A stretch of 61,833 nucleotides of DNA, filler included, from Chloroflexota bacterium (lineage in GTDB: Bacteria; Chloroflexota; Chloroflexia; QHBQ01), in assembly GCA_043754535.1 (NCBI GenBank). It is 7 parts of 7 records of this genome, joined end to end, with 100 filler letters (N's around TTAATTAATTAA, not from the genome) between each part and the next. Parts side by side here need not be neighbours in the genome. Positions count along the whole stretch, not along the records: positions 29,364 to 34,016 come from JAYUUN010000046.1; positions 34,117 to 38,761 come from JAYUUN010000047.1; positions 38,862 to 52,882 come from JAYUUN010000049.1; 4 more parts are not named here. One strand, written 5' to 3'. A program made the position numbers and the translations under genes. Below the pieces are notes generated by a model. The model was given only the letters and a program-made list of their open reading frames with translations. It searched no databases and was not told the origin of the DNA. Shown here piece by piece: positions 29,788 to 39,360 of the stretch. Position 1 is the stretch's first letter; the number at the start of each line of letters is the position of its first letter.

Positions 29788-30375
29788 CTATCGCTTCGTG
29801 TTGTAGGCGACGATGGCCTCGAAGAACTCGATGAACCGCTTGAACGCCGCCTCATAATCATCACTGATCTTCTTCGCTTTAGCTATTGCTTCGTTCCTCA
29901 CCTTGTCTCTTACCTCTTTCTCCGCCTTGTCTTCCACTTCCGCTGGCCTATCTTCAGGTATGGCGGCCAAGGTGTCATAAGCGCGCTTGTTAACCGAGGT
30001 GATCGCCTCGTCCATAATGTCGCGCAGGGGGCGAACACCGGCTTGCCGACCGGCGGCGTAGAACAGGCGTGGGCGCAGCAGTTCCAGTTGCTCGGCGGTG
30101 TAATGATCGCGCTTCTGCTCCTGTCCACGCTTATCTTTGCTACGCCGCTGCGACTCAATCTTCTTGACCATGCCGTAAAGCCGCCGTAGCTGGCTGTTCT
30201 TGAGGTCGTCGCTGATCGCATTGGCGACCGAGCGGGCAGCCTGCACCATGTCCTTTGCCCCGAACTGGTCGAAGCCGCTCAAACTGTGTATCTGGCCGCT
30301 AATCTGCTGGATGACAGCATCTTGCTCCGGGCGGTTGACCTGACCACTACCGAAGCCACCTCTATCACGTCCCAT
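29788..30375 (-). CDS. csm2: Type III-A small subunit Csm2
   Basis: SQLRRLY, LRPRLFYAAGR, FIEFFEAIVAY. Confidence 0.9.
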   Translation of the reverse strand: MGRDRGGFGSGQVNRPEQDAVIQQISGQIHSLSGFDQFGAKDMVQAARSVANAISDDLKNSQLRRLYGMVKKIESQRRSKDKRGQEQKRDHYTAEQLELLRPRLFYAAGRQAGVRPLRDIMDEAITSVNKRAYDTLAAIPEDRPAEVEDKAEKEVRDKVRNEAIAKAKKISDDYEAAFKRFIEFFEAIVAYNTKR

Positions 30376-32917
30376 CTCGATGTTCCTCCTTTGCTACCTT
30401 GCGGGTCACGAACTCGGCCCAGCGTGCCGCCAGCCCCAATTGGCCGATAGCGGCGCGGTCGACCTGAATAAGTTGCAGTAGGTCGGCGGCGGCATCACGC
30501 ACTTGCGGTTCACGGTGGTTGCTAAACTGCCGCAAACTATACACCAGCCGCCACTGCCAGCGGCTATACAGCGTTTCTTGCTCCAAGCTATTCAACAAAT
30601 TGCGGTCAACCTTGTTGTTGCGCTGCTGTTCGCGCATCCGCTTGATTTGCAGCACCTCAACCTGACGATAGAGGTTGGCGATAGTGACGAGCCGGTTGAT
30701 GATGCTGCGGTTCTTACCGCCGTTGTTGATCGCGATGATGTGGTCGCGCATGGCGACGACTTGCTGATACTCCTCCCAGCCGACGCTCTGGCCTAGCAGG
30801 GTGAAGGCGTGGCGGCCCGGTAGCTCGACATAGCTCTTGCCGTCACCGTAGCTGAAGTTGCGCAGCAAGTCTTTGGCGGCATCCTCCCCGGCAGCGGCTT
30901 CGCGGGCAGCCTGGTAGACGGGGAACTTCTCGCCGACGACAGCCAGCCCGCCGCTAATCGTCAGTGAGGGCAGCGCGCCGCTCTGCTGGCTGTAGCGGTC
31001 ACCGTGGGCCTGCGTCTGCTCAGTCAGCCTGCCATCAATGGAATAGGCGGTCAGGTCGCGGCGGATGCGGTCAGCTAGCTGAGGCAGGATGCTCCATGAA
31101 CCGACGATGAACAGATCGTCACCCCCCGCATAGATGATGTAGGGCAGGTGGCAATTGTAGCGGATGTCGGTGGGCGGTTTTTCATCCAGCTGCTTACACT
31201 CTGCAATGGCTGTTTCTTCACAGATGCGGTTGAGCCAGCCTTCGAAGAACTGGCTGAGGGCTGCTGATACTGCCGCTCGTTCGGCTGGCGCAAGGTTGCC
31301 GCTGAACAGCTTGCCGAGGCTGTCCACATCCATCCGCAGCACGCCGTAGCGGGGGATGCCCACACTGTTAGCAGCCATGTCGCGGGTGCTACGAATGTAG
31401 CCAACATTGCCGCTTTCATCATCATTACCATGTTTGCGTCGCTCGTCAATGTCCTGCTGGCTCAAGAGAGGTGTAGTGTTGGCGAGGTAGCGGAAGCCGT
31501 AAGCCACCCTCGGCTGCGGCTTCTCTGGCAGGAAGTCGCTACTGTCGTTCAGACGGTAGAGGGTGGTGTCAGTTGGAACCTGGGTTGGCCGTTGGCTGGG
31601 GAAGGTGTAGTTATAGCCGAAGTTAGCTATCACCTCGTCCCACGACGGTTTGCTGTGCAGCAGCTTACCTTTGTCCGCGTCTAGTGGACGCTCCTGAACG
31701 CGGCTGACTTGCATATAGCTAGCTTGTGCAAGGCGGTCGGCTAGCGAGGGTCTGCCGGGTATGCCAGTTTCAAAATGCAAGCACTGGTGGCAGCGGTCGT
31801 TGTTGAGGTTGCCGCGTTCGCCGGTGGGTCGCTCCTCGTCGGCAGCGATGTTCTCGCTGTTGTCGGCGGCGGTTAGCTCAATCTGACAGATGCGGCAGTA
31901 GCGTTCACCGTCGGTGTTGCGCAGGGTGCTGGGCATCAGCGTGCTGAACAAATCGGGTTGCTGGCGGAAAGGAGTGAGCTTGGCCTGTGCCTGTGCTTGC
32001 TTGATCTCGCGCATACACTCGCTGAAGTTGGCCTCAAACTCTGGCGGGGTGTTGGTGTCGGCTAGCTTTAGTTCCCGCTGGGCAATTGCCAGATAAAGTT
32101 CACCACCATGTAGCTTCAGCAGCTTGCTGTTGATTTCGCTGGTCAATTTGTCAACCTGCTCTTTAGCGGTGAAGGGCAGTAGCAGGGTGAAGTTGCCGCC
32201 AGCGTTGATCAGGACGCAGGCGGCGGGTAGGTCGATTTCCTTGTCTTCAAGGATGTAGCGTACCGCCAGGTCGTTGAGCAAGCTGAGGTAGAACGAACGG
32301 CTGCGGAGCGACTTGGCCGCGCCCGCCGAACCGATGGTGTAGAGCAAGTTCTGGATGCCTGGCAGGTCGCCACCGACCAGTAGCACGCTGCCACTCTCGC
32401 AGTCGGCCACCGCCAGCGCACAGATCGTCTGGTAGAGCGGGTAGAGTGGGAGGCTAAACTTGCCCTCCTTGTCCTTAAGCGAACTGGCAACATGAGTGGC
32501 GTACTGGCGGTAGAGGTGGCAGTAGGTGTCGAACGCCGCCCTGTCTTCGCCCATGATCCGCTTGCTGGCTGCATGGAACGACTGCCAGTGCGTGCTGGCT
32601 TCGACAGGAGTAGCGACCCCATAGAGGCCGAGGCTGGCGGGTTGCGGGTGAGTGGCGTAGCTGCCAGCGGGGGTGGGCGGCCAGCTGCCATCCTTGCTAC
32701 CTTGTCGCTTGGCGCGGCTGCCTTCCAGTGGGGCAAACACGCTGGTTTGCAATTGAGGCTGCAAGTTGCCGAGGTCAGTCAGGCCGAGTAGCTGGCAGGC
32801 ACGTTGCACGCTGCCAGTCAGGGACGGCGCATCACTAGCATGACCGAGGGCGCAGGCCAGCAGATGGTCGCCGATTTCACGCAGACTGCGGTATGGCGGG
32901 CTGGTTGGAGTAGACAT
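30365..32917 (-). CDS. cas10: Cas10/Csm1 with intact GGDD and no recognisable HD domain
   Basis: GDLPGIQ, AAKSLRSRSFYL, Zn-finger CxxC/CxxC, LRMDVDSLG, IYAGGDDLFIVG. Confidence 0.93.
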   Translation of the reverse strand: MSTPTSPPYRSLREIGDHLLACALGHASDAPSLTGSVQRACQLLGLTDLGNLQPQLQTSVFAPLEGSRAKRQGSKDGSWPPTPAGSYATHPQPASLGLYGVATPVEASTHWQSFHAASKRIMGEDRAAFDTYCHLYRQYATHVASSLKDKEGKFSLPLYPLYQTICALAVADCESGSVLLVGGDLPGIQNLLYTIGSAGAAKSLRSRSFYLSLLNDLAVRYILEDKEIDLPAACVLINAGGNFTLLLPFTAKEQVDKLTSEINSKLLKLHGGELYLAIAQRELKLADTNTPPEFEANFSECMREIKQAQAQAKLTPFRQQPDLFSTLMPSTLRNTDGERYCRICQIELTAADNSENIAADEERPTGERGNLNNDRCHQCLHFETGIPGRPSLADRLAQASYMQVSRVQERPLDADKGKLLHSKPSWDEVIANFGYNYTFPSQRPTQVPTDTTLYRLNDSSDFLPEKPQPRVAYGFRYLANTTPLLSQQDIDERRKHGNDDESGNVGYIRSTRDMAANSVGIPRYGVLRMDVDSLGKLFSGNLAPAERAAVSAALSQFFEGWLNRICEETAIAECKQLDEKPPTDIRYNCHLPYIIYAGGDDLFIVGSWSILPQLADRIRRDLTAYSIDGRLTEQTQAHGDRYSQQSGALPSLTISGGLAVVGEKFPVYQAAREAAAGEDAAKDLLRNFSYGDGKSYVELPGRHAFTLLGQSVGWEEYQQVVAMRDHIIAINNGGKNRSIINRLVTIANLYRQVEVLQIKRMREQQRNNKVDRNLLNSLEQETLYSRWQWRLVYSLRQFSNHREPQVRDAAADLLQLIQVDRAAIGQLGLAARWAEFVTRKVAKEEHRDGT

Positions 32918-32921
32918 GAAG

Positions 32922-33034
32922 GCTGCACTCCTGAGTGGATGTGGGCTTACTACACATTATGGGGCATTGGCCTCGATACCCATGCTGTTGGCACTGCTGT
33001 ACTCCTGAGTGGATGTGGGCTTACTGCACATTAT
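32922..33034. repeat. 39-bp direct repeat (2 mismatches) flanking a 35-bp segment, upstream of cas10
   Basis: GCTG(C/T)ACTCCTGAGTGGATGTGGGCTTACT(A/G)CACATTAT at 32922-32960 and 32996-33034; contains the cas10 RBS and -10 region. Confidence 0.93.
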
Positions 33035-33630
33035 AGCATAGGTAGTTGTTATTAGCAACAGGCAACAAGCAACTTGCGATTCGGTATGTCAGATTGTTGC
33101 TAAAGTGGAGGCGCAGCAAGCCAGTACTGCCGTCACCAATTGGCTACGGTGGGCAGATTGTTGTAGCACAGGTATGCGGCTGGCGATTGCCAACGGCTGT
33201 CAGCAGTGTAGGCGAACGAGAGTCAACACTACCTCCAGGCGGTTCACGGATTGAGCAGGTCGGAATTACCGCTGATTGCTGCCGTCACTTGCAAACCATT
33301 GAGCCGCCCGCGCCTGCTGCTCGTTGTACTCCTTGCGGACAACTGGCACGGTGCTGAGACCTGCCCGCTTCGCCGCCGCCAGCCCACCTCTCCAGCCGCC
33401 CTGCGAGTTGTTGGCTGCCTACTTGGGTGCTGAGGTGCAGCTACACTTTGAGCATTCTCGTCCCAGCGACGAGCCGACCAACTTTGCTGCTGACGCTGAC
33501 AAGCAGACAGCGATTGACGAACCGGCTACGTCAGAGCCAGACACCGCGCCTTCGCATGAGCTAGCCAGCGCGTGGATGCAGATGGTCGCACTGCTGGCTA
33601 GCATCTACGGGCGGGTGGTGCGCCTGCGCT

Positions 33631-33757
33631 TCATGGCTGGCTGACTGCCAGGGCGCGGCGGACAACCTTGCTCAACTCCCCACGGCGGATCGGGTCGTTG
33701 GGCCGGAAGCAGAGGCCGCCACCATCGCAGGCTGCCCCGCTGATTGCGCCTCGACAG
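33631..33757 (-). pseudogene. Isolated last SLH repeat
   Basis: CRGAISGAACDGGGLCFRPNDPIRRGELSKVVRRALAVSQP*. Confidence 0.75.
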
Positions 33758-33770
33758 CAAGCAAGCTATG

Positions 33771-34016
33771 TCACAGTCTGCCACTCATCTTAACTAATTC
33801 TATCCTGCGCTGCACCCGCAGCTTGATGTCACCGCGCGCCCGCATGGTCGGGCCGTTGGCCGGGCCAACCTGCTGCCCTGCCACTAGCTGGAAGCGTAGT
33901 TGCTGGGTCAGCGTCGCGAGCAGCAGTTGCGCCTCCATCATGGCGAAGCCGCTGCCGATGCACACTCGCGGGCCGCTGCCGAACGGTAGGTACGCCCCCT
34001 TCGGGATCATCTTCTC
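33771..34016 (-). CDS. Cytochrome P450, C-terminal part (partial)
   Basis: YLPFGSGPRVCIG heme-binding motif. Confidence 0.92.
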   Translation of the reverse strand, partial: EKMIPKGAYLPFGSGPRVCIGSGFAMMEAQLLLATLTQQLRFQLVAGQQVGPANGPTMRARGDIKLRVQRRIELVKMSGRL

Positions 34017-34116
34017 NNNNNNNNNNNNNNNNNNNNNNNNNNNNNNNNNNNNNNNNNNNNTTAATTAATTAANNNNNNNNNNNNNNNNNNNNNNNNNNNN
34101 NNNNNNNNNNNNNNNN

Positions 34117-34288
34117 CAGCAGGCTCACTGCCAACAGGAGAAGGTAGTTTGGCCGTAACTGCCGCTCCACTGTCTCGGCTACTCGTTGGTTGGTCACAGC
34201 CTACGAAAGCCATCAAGACAATGCTCAAGACAATTATCGCTGCTAGACCCTGTAGCTGGCTGTAATGGTTCCTCATGTGTTCTCCCAT
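34117..34288 (-). CDS. Lipoprotein, N-terminal part (partial)
   Basis: Hydrophobic signal ending FVGC. Confidence 0.6.
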
Positions 34289-34327
34289 CTAAGATGCCAG
34301 TGTGACGACTGGTGGATGAATGTAGAC

Positions 34328-35011
34328 TTAGAGGTTTGGCATGATAGCCGTTGGCGCAGTATCCCCGTAGTGCATGGTTCTTGGCTGCTTATCTTCACGG
34401 CAACTAGCTGTTTGTTGTGCCTTTAGCTTTTCACGCTGGCCGGGATAGTCCTCCTGTATGGTCGAGTCGTTCAGCAACCCCTGGAAGAAGCCACCTTTGG
34501 GTGAGCTAACGAAGTGCGTTACTCTGGCTGACCAGATGTCGAATGTCAAGCCCATATACTCTACTTGACTTGGGCCTGCCATGCCTCCACCGGGTACACC
34601 CCGTAGATCAAAGTCTCCTTTAAGGATCACTAGCATCAAGGGCGGTTCTTCAATGGTGCCGAAGTAGATGCAGCCCATGCCCAAAGAAGCCATCTCTGCT
34701 GGTACGATTGGGCGGCTAAGGAGTACCTGCGGGACAGTAGTGCTACCATCCTGGTTAAGCTCAGCCTGTGCATACTGCTGGGCGTAGTGACCAACTTCTT
34801 GCGGTGATGCGCCAACCAGATTCCGAACACGCCCATACTCGAACACTGGGCCAGATGATGTTGGCGAAGGGCGTGGTGACTTGTCACTGGTTGTAGCTGC
34901 TTGGGCTTTAGAGGTTACAGCCGTACTATCGGTCTGGGTGCAGCCAGATAGAGCAAGGGACATTATGCTCAACATCAAAGCTGCCACACCCACTATTGAA
35001 CGCTTCCTCAT
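34328..35011 (-). CDS. Lipoprotein of unknown function
   Basis: RBS AAGGAG; MRKR..LALSGC lipobox. Confidence 0.8.
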   Translation of the reverse strand: MRKRSIVGVAALMLSIMSLALSGCTQTDSTAVTSKAQAATTSDKSPRPSPTSSGPVFEYGRVRNLVGASPQEVGHYAQQYAQAELNQDGSTTVPQVLLSRPIVPAEMASLGMGCIYFGTIEEPPLMLVILKGDFDLRGVPGGGMAGPSQVEYMGLTFDIWSARVTHFVSSPKGGFFQGLLNDSTIQEDYPGQREKLKAQQTASCREDKQPRTMHYGDTAPTAIMPNL

Positions 35012-35022
35012 AACTTGGCTCC

Positions 35023-35391
35023 TTAGCTGTTGACGATCCAGCTATGGTCGCCTACGTTACAGGTACTTATCGTGCCGTCTCTTGTGCTGATGCCTGTCCT
35101 CCGGGGTGGCTGCCCAGCGTCGTAGCACCAGTAGTCCAAGTTGCCATTGGCTGTATGCGCTTGAGCATTGAAAACTGTAAGCGGGCCAAACTGCTGGCTA
35201 CGAACCTGACTCTCCCCACCAGCAAACACATAGGGCAGGTCAGCGACATACATTGTAGCAGTTGTGGCAAGGAGATGACAACCAGCTTCTTGTGCTATGT
35301 CGCCCCGCTTGAGGGGGCTAAACCCTCTGCTATTCTTATGCATCAGTTTCGGTATGAATGCAAGGGTTTTGATGTACTGATGTGAGAGCAT
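35023..35391 (-). CDS. Hypothetical protein or remnant
   Basis: Ends just before the RBS of the lipoprotein; no recognised motif. Confidence 0.35.
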   Translation of the reverse strand: MLSHQYIKTLAFIPKLMHKNSRGFSPLKRGDIAQEAGCHLLATTATMYVADLPYVFAGGESQVRSQQFGPLTVFNAQAHTANGNLDYWCYDAGQPPRRTGISTRDGTISTCNVGDHSWIVNS

Positions 35392-37529
35392 TCTGGTTTG
35401 TTCAGATCAAGCAGGGTGCCAGTGAGGAGATCAGCACCGCTTGTATCAACACCCCCCGCAATGCAGCATGAAGCCCTACCTCTAGTGTGGCTGGAGGTTA
35501 CTGGGAGGGGTAACTCACCGAATGCCGCCCGCCCGCGCTCTAACCTTGCACTCCAAACCTCGTAGACCAGCCCGCCATCACGGTGGTTGAAGCTGCGTTC
35601 GAGGGTAGGCTTGCGGCCCACAGCCTGTGCGCTGGCAAGGAAGATCGCCATGCGGTCGGGGTGCGACGAGGCAGCTTCTGGCACGTGGAACAGATAGAGG
35701 TTGCTGGGGTTCTTCAGCGTCTCGGTCAGGGCAGCGTAGAACTCTGGTGGGGCAGGGTCGCGATACTGGAATATCTCCAGCGGATTGGTGCGTCCCCCGC
35801 TGAGTACCTGCAAGTTATACTTGAAACCCCAGTCCATTGCAATCGGCGCGCCCACCCCCTGTGCCAGCAGGTAGTCGTTCAGCGGATAGATCGCATCGGA
35901 GAAGGTGACGTAGCCACCAACCTTCTGCAAGTCAGCGTGGTAGCTAGCGTCCACCGCCAAATCGGTTGCCAGCAGCGCAGCCACCAATGCAACCGCCACC
36001 CCAATCCCTAGCCACCTCTGGCCTCCTACCATTGTACCGCTCTGGGCTGGTCTAGCTGTCTGTCTTCCACTTGCGTGAAGGAAGATAAGCCTGGGGGAGC
36101 GAGCCAGCACCTGCGCCAGCACTACTATGCCCACCGCCACCGTGATCATCGGGATCGGCAGCACAATCACCAGATGTGTCGGCCACAGCCCACTGACCGT
36201 CACTGCGCTTTGCACCACGATTAGCCCGGCCAGCATGGTAAGGAAGACGAGAGACCGCTGATACCAGGTACGCGCCCGACCAACCGCCAGCCAGAGCAGC
36301 AGCCCACCGAAGCTGGCAAAGAAAAGGATCGCCCACAGCCGCCCGCCTGCTCCCGCCGCTTGCCAGACGAAGAAGCTGACCAGGGCGATCAGCCAGAGGA
36401 TGAAGGGTGGTTTGAAGATCACAGCTTGCAAAGTACTCCCCTGCTGCCTTGCAACCGCAGCCCCGTCGCCTGTGGCTGGCAGGGGGGCAACAATGCAACC
36501 CAGCAACAGCCCCGCCAGCGCGACCAGGTAGGCCCAGGGCCACAAGTGGTTGTGGTAGGGCTGGCCGCCATAAGCCTGAAACCAGAAGTAGCTACCGTCC
36601 AGCAGCACCCGGTAATCACCAACTACTGTGTAGAGGTTGCCCAGCACATCGCTGTTGTTCACCCCATAGCTGGTCTTGTCCAGGTTGCTCCGCAACACCA
36701 GGTAGGTACCACGCGTCGTCAGGTTGTACCAGATGAAGGGGAACGCCCCAACCACGAACGCCAGCCCCCCGATCAGCAGCCTGCGCCAGCCCCACCTGCT
36801 CTGCTCCTCTACCGCGGGTGGCAGGCGGGGGCTAAGTCTCAGCCCCCGCGCCCAACCGAACTGGCGGATGTGCGGCGCGCTGAACACCAGATAGCTGACG
36901 AGCAGAGCGACTGGCAGCCAGAGGAAAAGGAACTTGGTGCTGAAGCCGATGCCGACCAGGAACGCGCCCGCGTACAGCCAGCGGTCACGCCCGCCCCGCC
37001 ACCAGCGTAGCAGGCAGAGCAGGATGGCGAGGCTGATTGGCACCACCTGGGCGATCACGTAGATGCCGATCCTGCTCCAGAACACCCACGAGGGAGAGAC
37101 GGCAAACAGCAGCACCGTGATCACCGCTGCTGGTCGCCCCAGCAGCGTCCTGGTCAGGGCGTAGGCAAGGACGAGGGCTAGCAGCCCCGTGCAGATGGTA
37201 AAGAGACGGATGTTGACAACGTCGAAGCCGCCAAGCAGGAAGGGCAGCACCCCGTAGGTGCCAACCACCCCCTGGTAGTCGCTGTTCATTACTGGCAGCT
37301 TGAGGCTACCGAGCGGGAAGTAGGCACCGCGCACCCCACCGAAATCCAGCGGCAAGCCCTTAAGCAGTTGCATTGCTGGCACCACGTCCAACGCCTCATC
37401 TGCGTAGAGGCCAGGCAAGCGCAACTGGTAGCCAGTCAGCAAGCTAAAGATGAGCAAGGCTGGCAGCAGATCGACCAGCAGCAATTTGAGATTGCCGAGT
37501 CTGGATTTTGGAGCAGTGCTATCGTTCAC
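35343..37529 (-). CDS. GT-C (family 39/ArnT-like) glycosyltransferase
   Basis: LPGLYADEA motif, many TM helices; GTG 37529 lies 6 nt after TATAAT, possibly leaderless. Confidence 0.8.
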   Translation of the reverse strand: MNDSTAPKSRLGNLKLLLVDLLPALLIFSLLTGYQLRLPGLYADEALDVVPAMQLLKGLPLDFGGVRGAYFPLGSLKLPVMNSDYQGVVGTYGVLPFLLGGFDVVNIRLFTICTGLLALVLAYALTRTLLGRPAAVITVLLFAVSPSWVFWSRIGIYVIAQVVPISLAILLCLLRWWRGGRDRWLYAGAFLVGIGFSTKFLFLWLPVALLVSYLVFSAPHIRQFGWARGLRLSPRLPPAVEEQSRWGWRRLLIGGLAFVVGAFPFIWYNLTTRGTYLVLRSNLDKTSYGVNNSDVLGNLYTVVGDYRVLLDGSYFWFQAYGGQPYHNHLWPWAYLVALAGLLLGCIVAPLPATGDGAAVARQQGSTLQAVIFKPPFILWLIALVSFFVWQAAGAGGRLWAILFFASFGGLLLWLAVGRARTWYQRSLVFLTMLAGLIVVQSAVTVSGLWPTHLVIVLPIPMITVAVGIVVLAQVLARSPRLIFLHASGRQTARPAQSGTMVGGQRWLGIGVAVALVAALLATDLAVDASYHADLQKVGGYVTFSDAIYPLNDYLLAQGVGAPIAMDWGFKYNLQVLSGGRTNPLEIFQYRDPAPPEFYAALTETLKNPSNLYLFHVPEAASSHPDRMAIFLASAQAVGRKPTLERSFNHRDGGLVYEVWSARLERGRAAFGELPLPVTSSHTRGRASCCIAGGVDTSGADLLTGTLLDLNKPECSHISTSKPLHSYRN

Positions 37530-37627
37530 GCGCCCATTATACCCGATCCCCTTCTTTGAGGCGCACACTTGCCCCCCTGGTAGAACGAACGGCGGTGCTA
37601 GAGGTTGCTCCAGCCCCGCCATGCCAA

Positions 37628-37810
37628 TCAACGTAGCAGCACAGTCATCAGGTTGGCGACCAGGATCGCCAGGATCGCCCTTACCAGCCACTCCAACGCC
37701 TCCACCCGTGCCGCAGTTCCCGCGCAGGAGACACAGCAGGGGTCAGGCTGCTGGCCTTCCTTTGGTCGCAAGCGGCGGCGCAGGCGGGTGGCGATCTCCT
37801 CATCCTGCAT
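37628..37810 (-). CDS. Small protein with Cys cluster and C-terminal TM helix
   Basis: Overlaps the upstream gene's stop; CCVSC; hydrophobic C-terminus. Confidence 0.55.
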   Translation of the reverse strand: MQDEEIATRLRRRLRPKEGQQPDPCCVSCAGTAARVEALEWLVRAILAILVANLMTVLLR

Positions 37811-38168
37811 AGCTAAGCTCCGCCAGGATCGTGTCTACCGCTTGCAGCAGCGTGCGCGCCTGCTCACCACTCAGTTGGCGGCGCAGACGGGCGGCTGCAA
37901 TGATCGCGTTGACGCAGCCGCTGACCCCAGCCACATCACCCGCCCGCAATGCCTGTTGCAGGGCTAGCCGCGCCGCCCCGATTTCGACCTCTAGCCCGTC
38001 GTCGCTACCCAGTTCGTCCAACTGGGTCAACTCCTCGCTGCTAAAGAGGTTAGCGAAGGGGTCGCCCTTCGCTCGCCGATGGACTGCACAATAACGACTG
38101 GGTGCGACCGCCCGCCGCCTGCACGGATCACCGTTGCGGGTGTTGCCCGCGCACATCTCCTCGCTCAT
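37800..38168 (-). CDS. Phage-like Zn-finger/helical protein, small-terminase-like
   Basis: RBS AAGGAGG; C..T..G.PC......YC..H finger; GLEVEIGAARLAL helical region. Confidence 0.55.
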   Translation of the reverse strand: MSEEMCAGNTRNGDPCRRRAVAPSRYCAVHRRAKGDPFANLFSSEELTQLDELGSDDGLEVEIGAARLALQQALRAGDVAGVSGCVNAIIAAARLRRQLSGEQARTLLQAVDTILAELSYAG

Positions 38169-38292
38169 CCGTTCCCTCCTTTGCCCGCTCAACCACAATC
38201 ACCGCCAGTAGCAGCCGCAAGGCCGCCAGTTCTATCACCGCGCCAGCAGCCAGCCCGTTCGCCAGCCGCAACGCCTGCTTCAACTCGCCCAT
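38128..38292 (-). CDS. 54-aa small hydrophobic protein (absent from the ORF track)
   Basis: RBS AAAGGGG; MGELKQALRLANGLAAGAVIELAALRLLLAVIVVERAK... Confidence 0.5.
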   Translation of the reverse strand: MGELKQALRLANGLAAGAVIELAALRLLLAVIVVERAKEGTDERGDVRGQHPQR

Positions 38293-38411
38293 AGCAGTCC
38301 CCTTTCAAGCAAACAGAAGCGCGGCTCCTCCGCTCCAACTCTCGCCCATCAGGGGAGGTCAGCAGTGGTGAGCCGCGCAGTGCTTGCTACGGTTATTAGC
38401 TTTCTGTCGAG

Positions 38412-38440
38412 ATTATAGCACAAATGGGCGGGCTTGTCAA
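38412..38440 (-). promoter_or_regulatory. Perfect-consensus sigma70 promoter
   Basis: Minus strand TTGACA-17 bp-TATAAT with extended TG. Confidence 0.8.
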
Positions 38441-38486
38441 TAGCTAACCACGCCAATTTAGGGTATGGTAGGATGTCGCTAGTGCT

Positions 38487-38761
38487 TCATCCTAACCTAC
38501 TGAGGTGTGGCACGACGATGTGGCCGCTCTCTGTGTCACCAAAGACAGTCACCCGCTGCGGCCCCCAGTACCAGTAGTAGAAGGCAACGTAGGCACAGAG
38601 GATCGCGTCCAACCGATCCTCGTAGTCCTTGAGCTTCGCCCCCTTAAGGCTAGTCAGGTCGCTGGCGAAGGTGGCGACGGGGATGATGAGGGCGGGTTCT
38701 GCGATGGCGAGCGAGAGCAGGTGCGCCTCAAGCTGGCCGAAGGCGGCGTAGCGGGAGGGAT
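38487..38761 (-). CDS. DUF429-like predicted nuclease, C-terminal part (partial)
   Basis: LKDYEDRLDAILCAYVAFYYWYWG..VFGDTESGHIVVP. Confidence 0.75.
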
Positions 38762-39360
38762 NNNNNNNNNNNNNNNNNNNNNNNNNNNNNNNNNNNNNNN
38801 NNNNNTTAATTAATTAANNNNNNNNNNNNNNNNNNNNNNNNNNNNNNNNNNNNNNNNNNNNGCCCTGGTTGGTGCTGTTCCAACCATGCCCGCACCTTCA
38901 TCTTGCTCGCTCTCTATCTTTTGCGCTAAACTCAGGCCAAACAAAAGACGACGGCAGGAGAAGCGAAACTTAAGTTTCACTTGCTCCATGCCGCCGTCAG
39001 GAATGGGCGGAACGCCCCGGCTTATGTTATGCTGCTATTATACCACCCTGCCATGCAGAGCGGCAACTTGAGCAGCATCTGATCAACATGGGTTTTCAGC
39101 TAGTGCAGCATTGGGAATGGCTGAGTGCTAATCGAGAACCGCATCAGGGCTTCGCAGCTACCTTCCTTGAGAACACGGTTACGGTTCTTGTACATGGTAC
39201 TCATGAGCAACTGGACATCCTGTATTCTCTATTTGTTATCCCCAAACGCGATTTACCCCCTTCAAGCAGGACCAACACCGCCTACAACTTCGGACAGTAC
39301 AGCCTTGACAACATCTGCATGGATTGCAGATCGCAAATAGCTCAAGAAAGAAGGAGCATT

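Noticed and set aside
345..32917. Treating the array and cas10-csm2-csm3 as one locus
   Set aside because: They are on different contigs; the repeat is compatible with type III but linkage is not shown
38306..38386. SRP RNA or known riboswitch identity for the leader hairpin
   Set aside because: No SRP GGAA-loop core or recognisable aptamer motif
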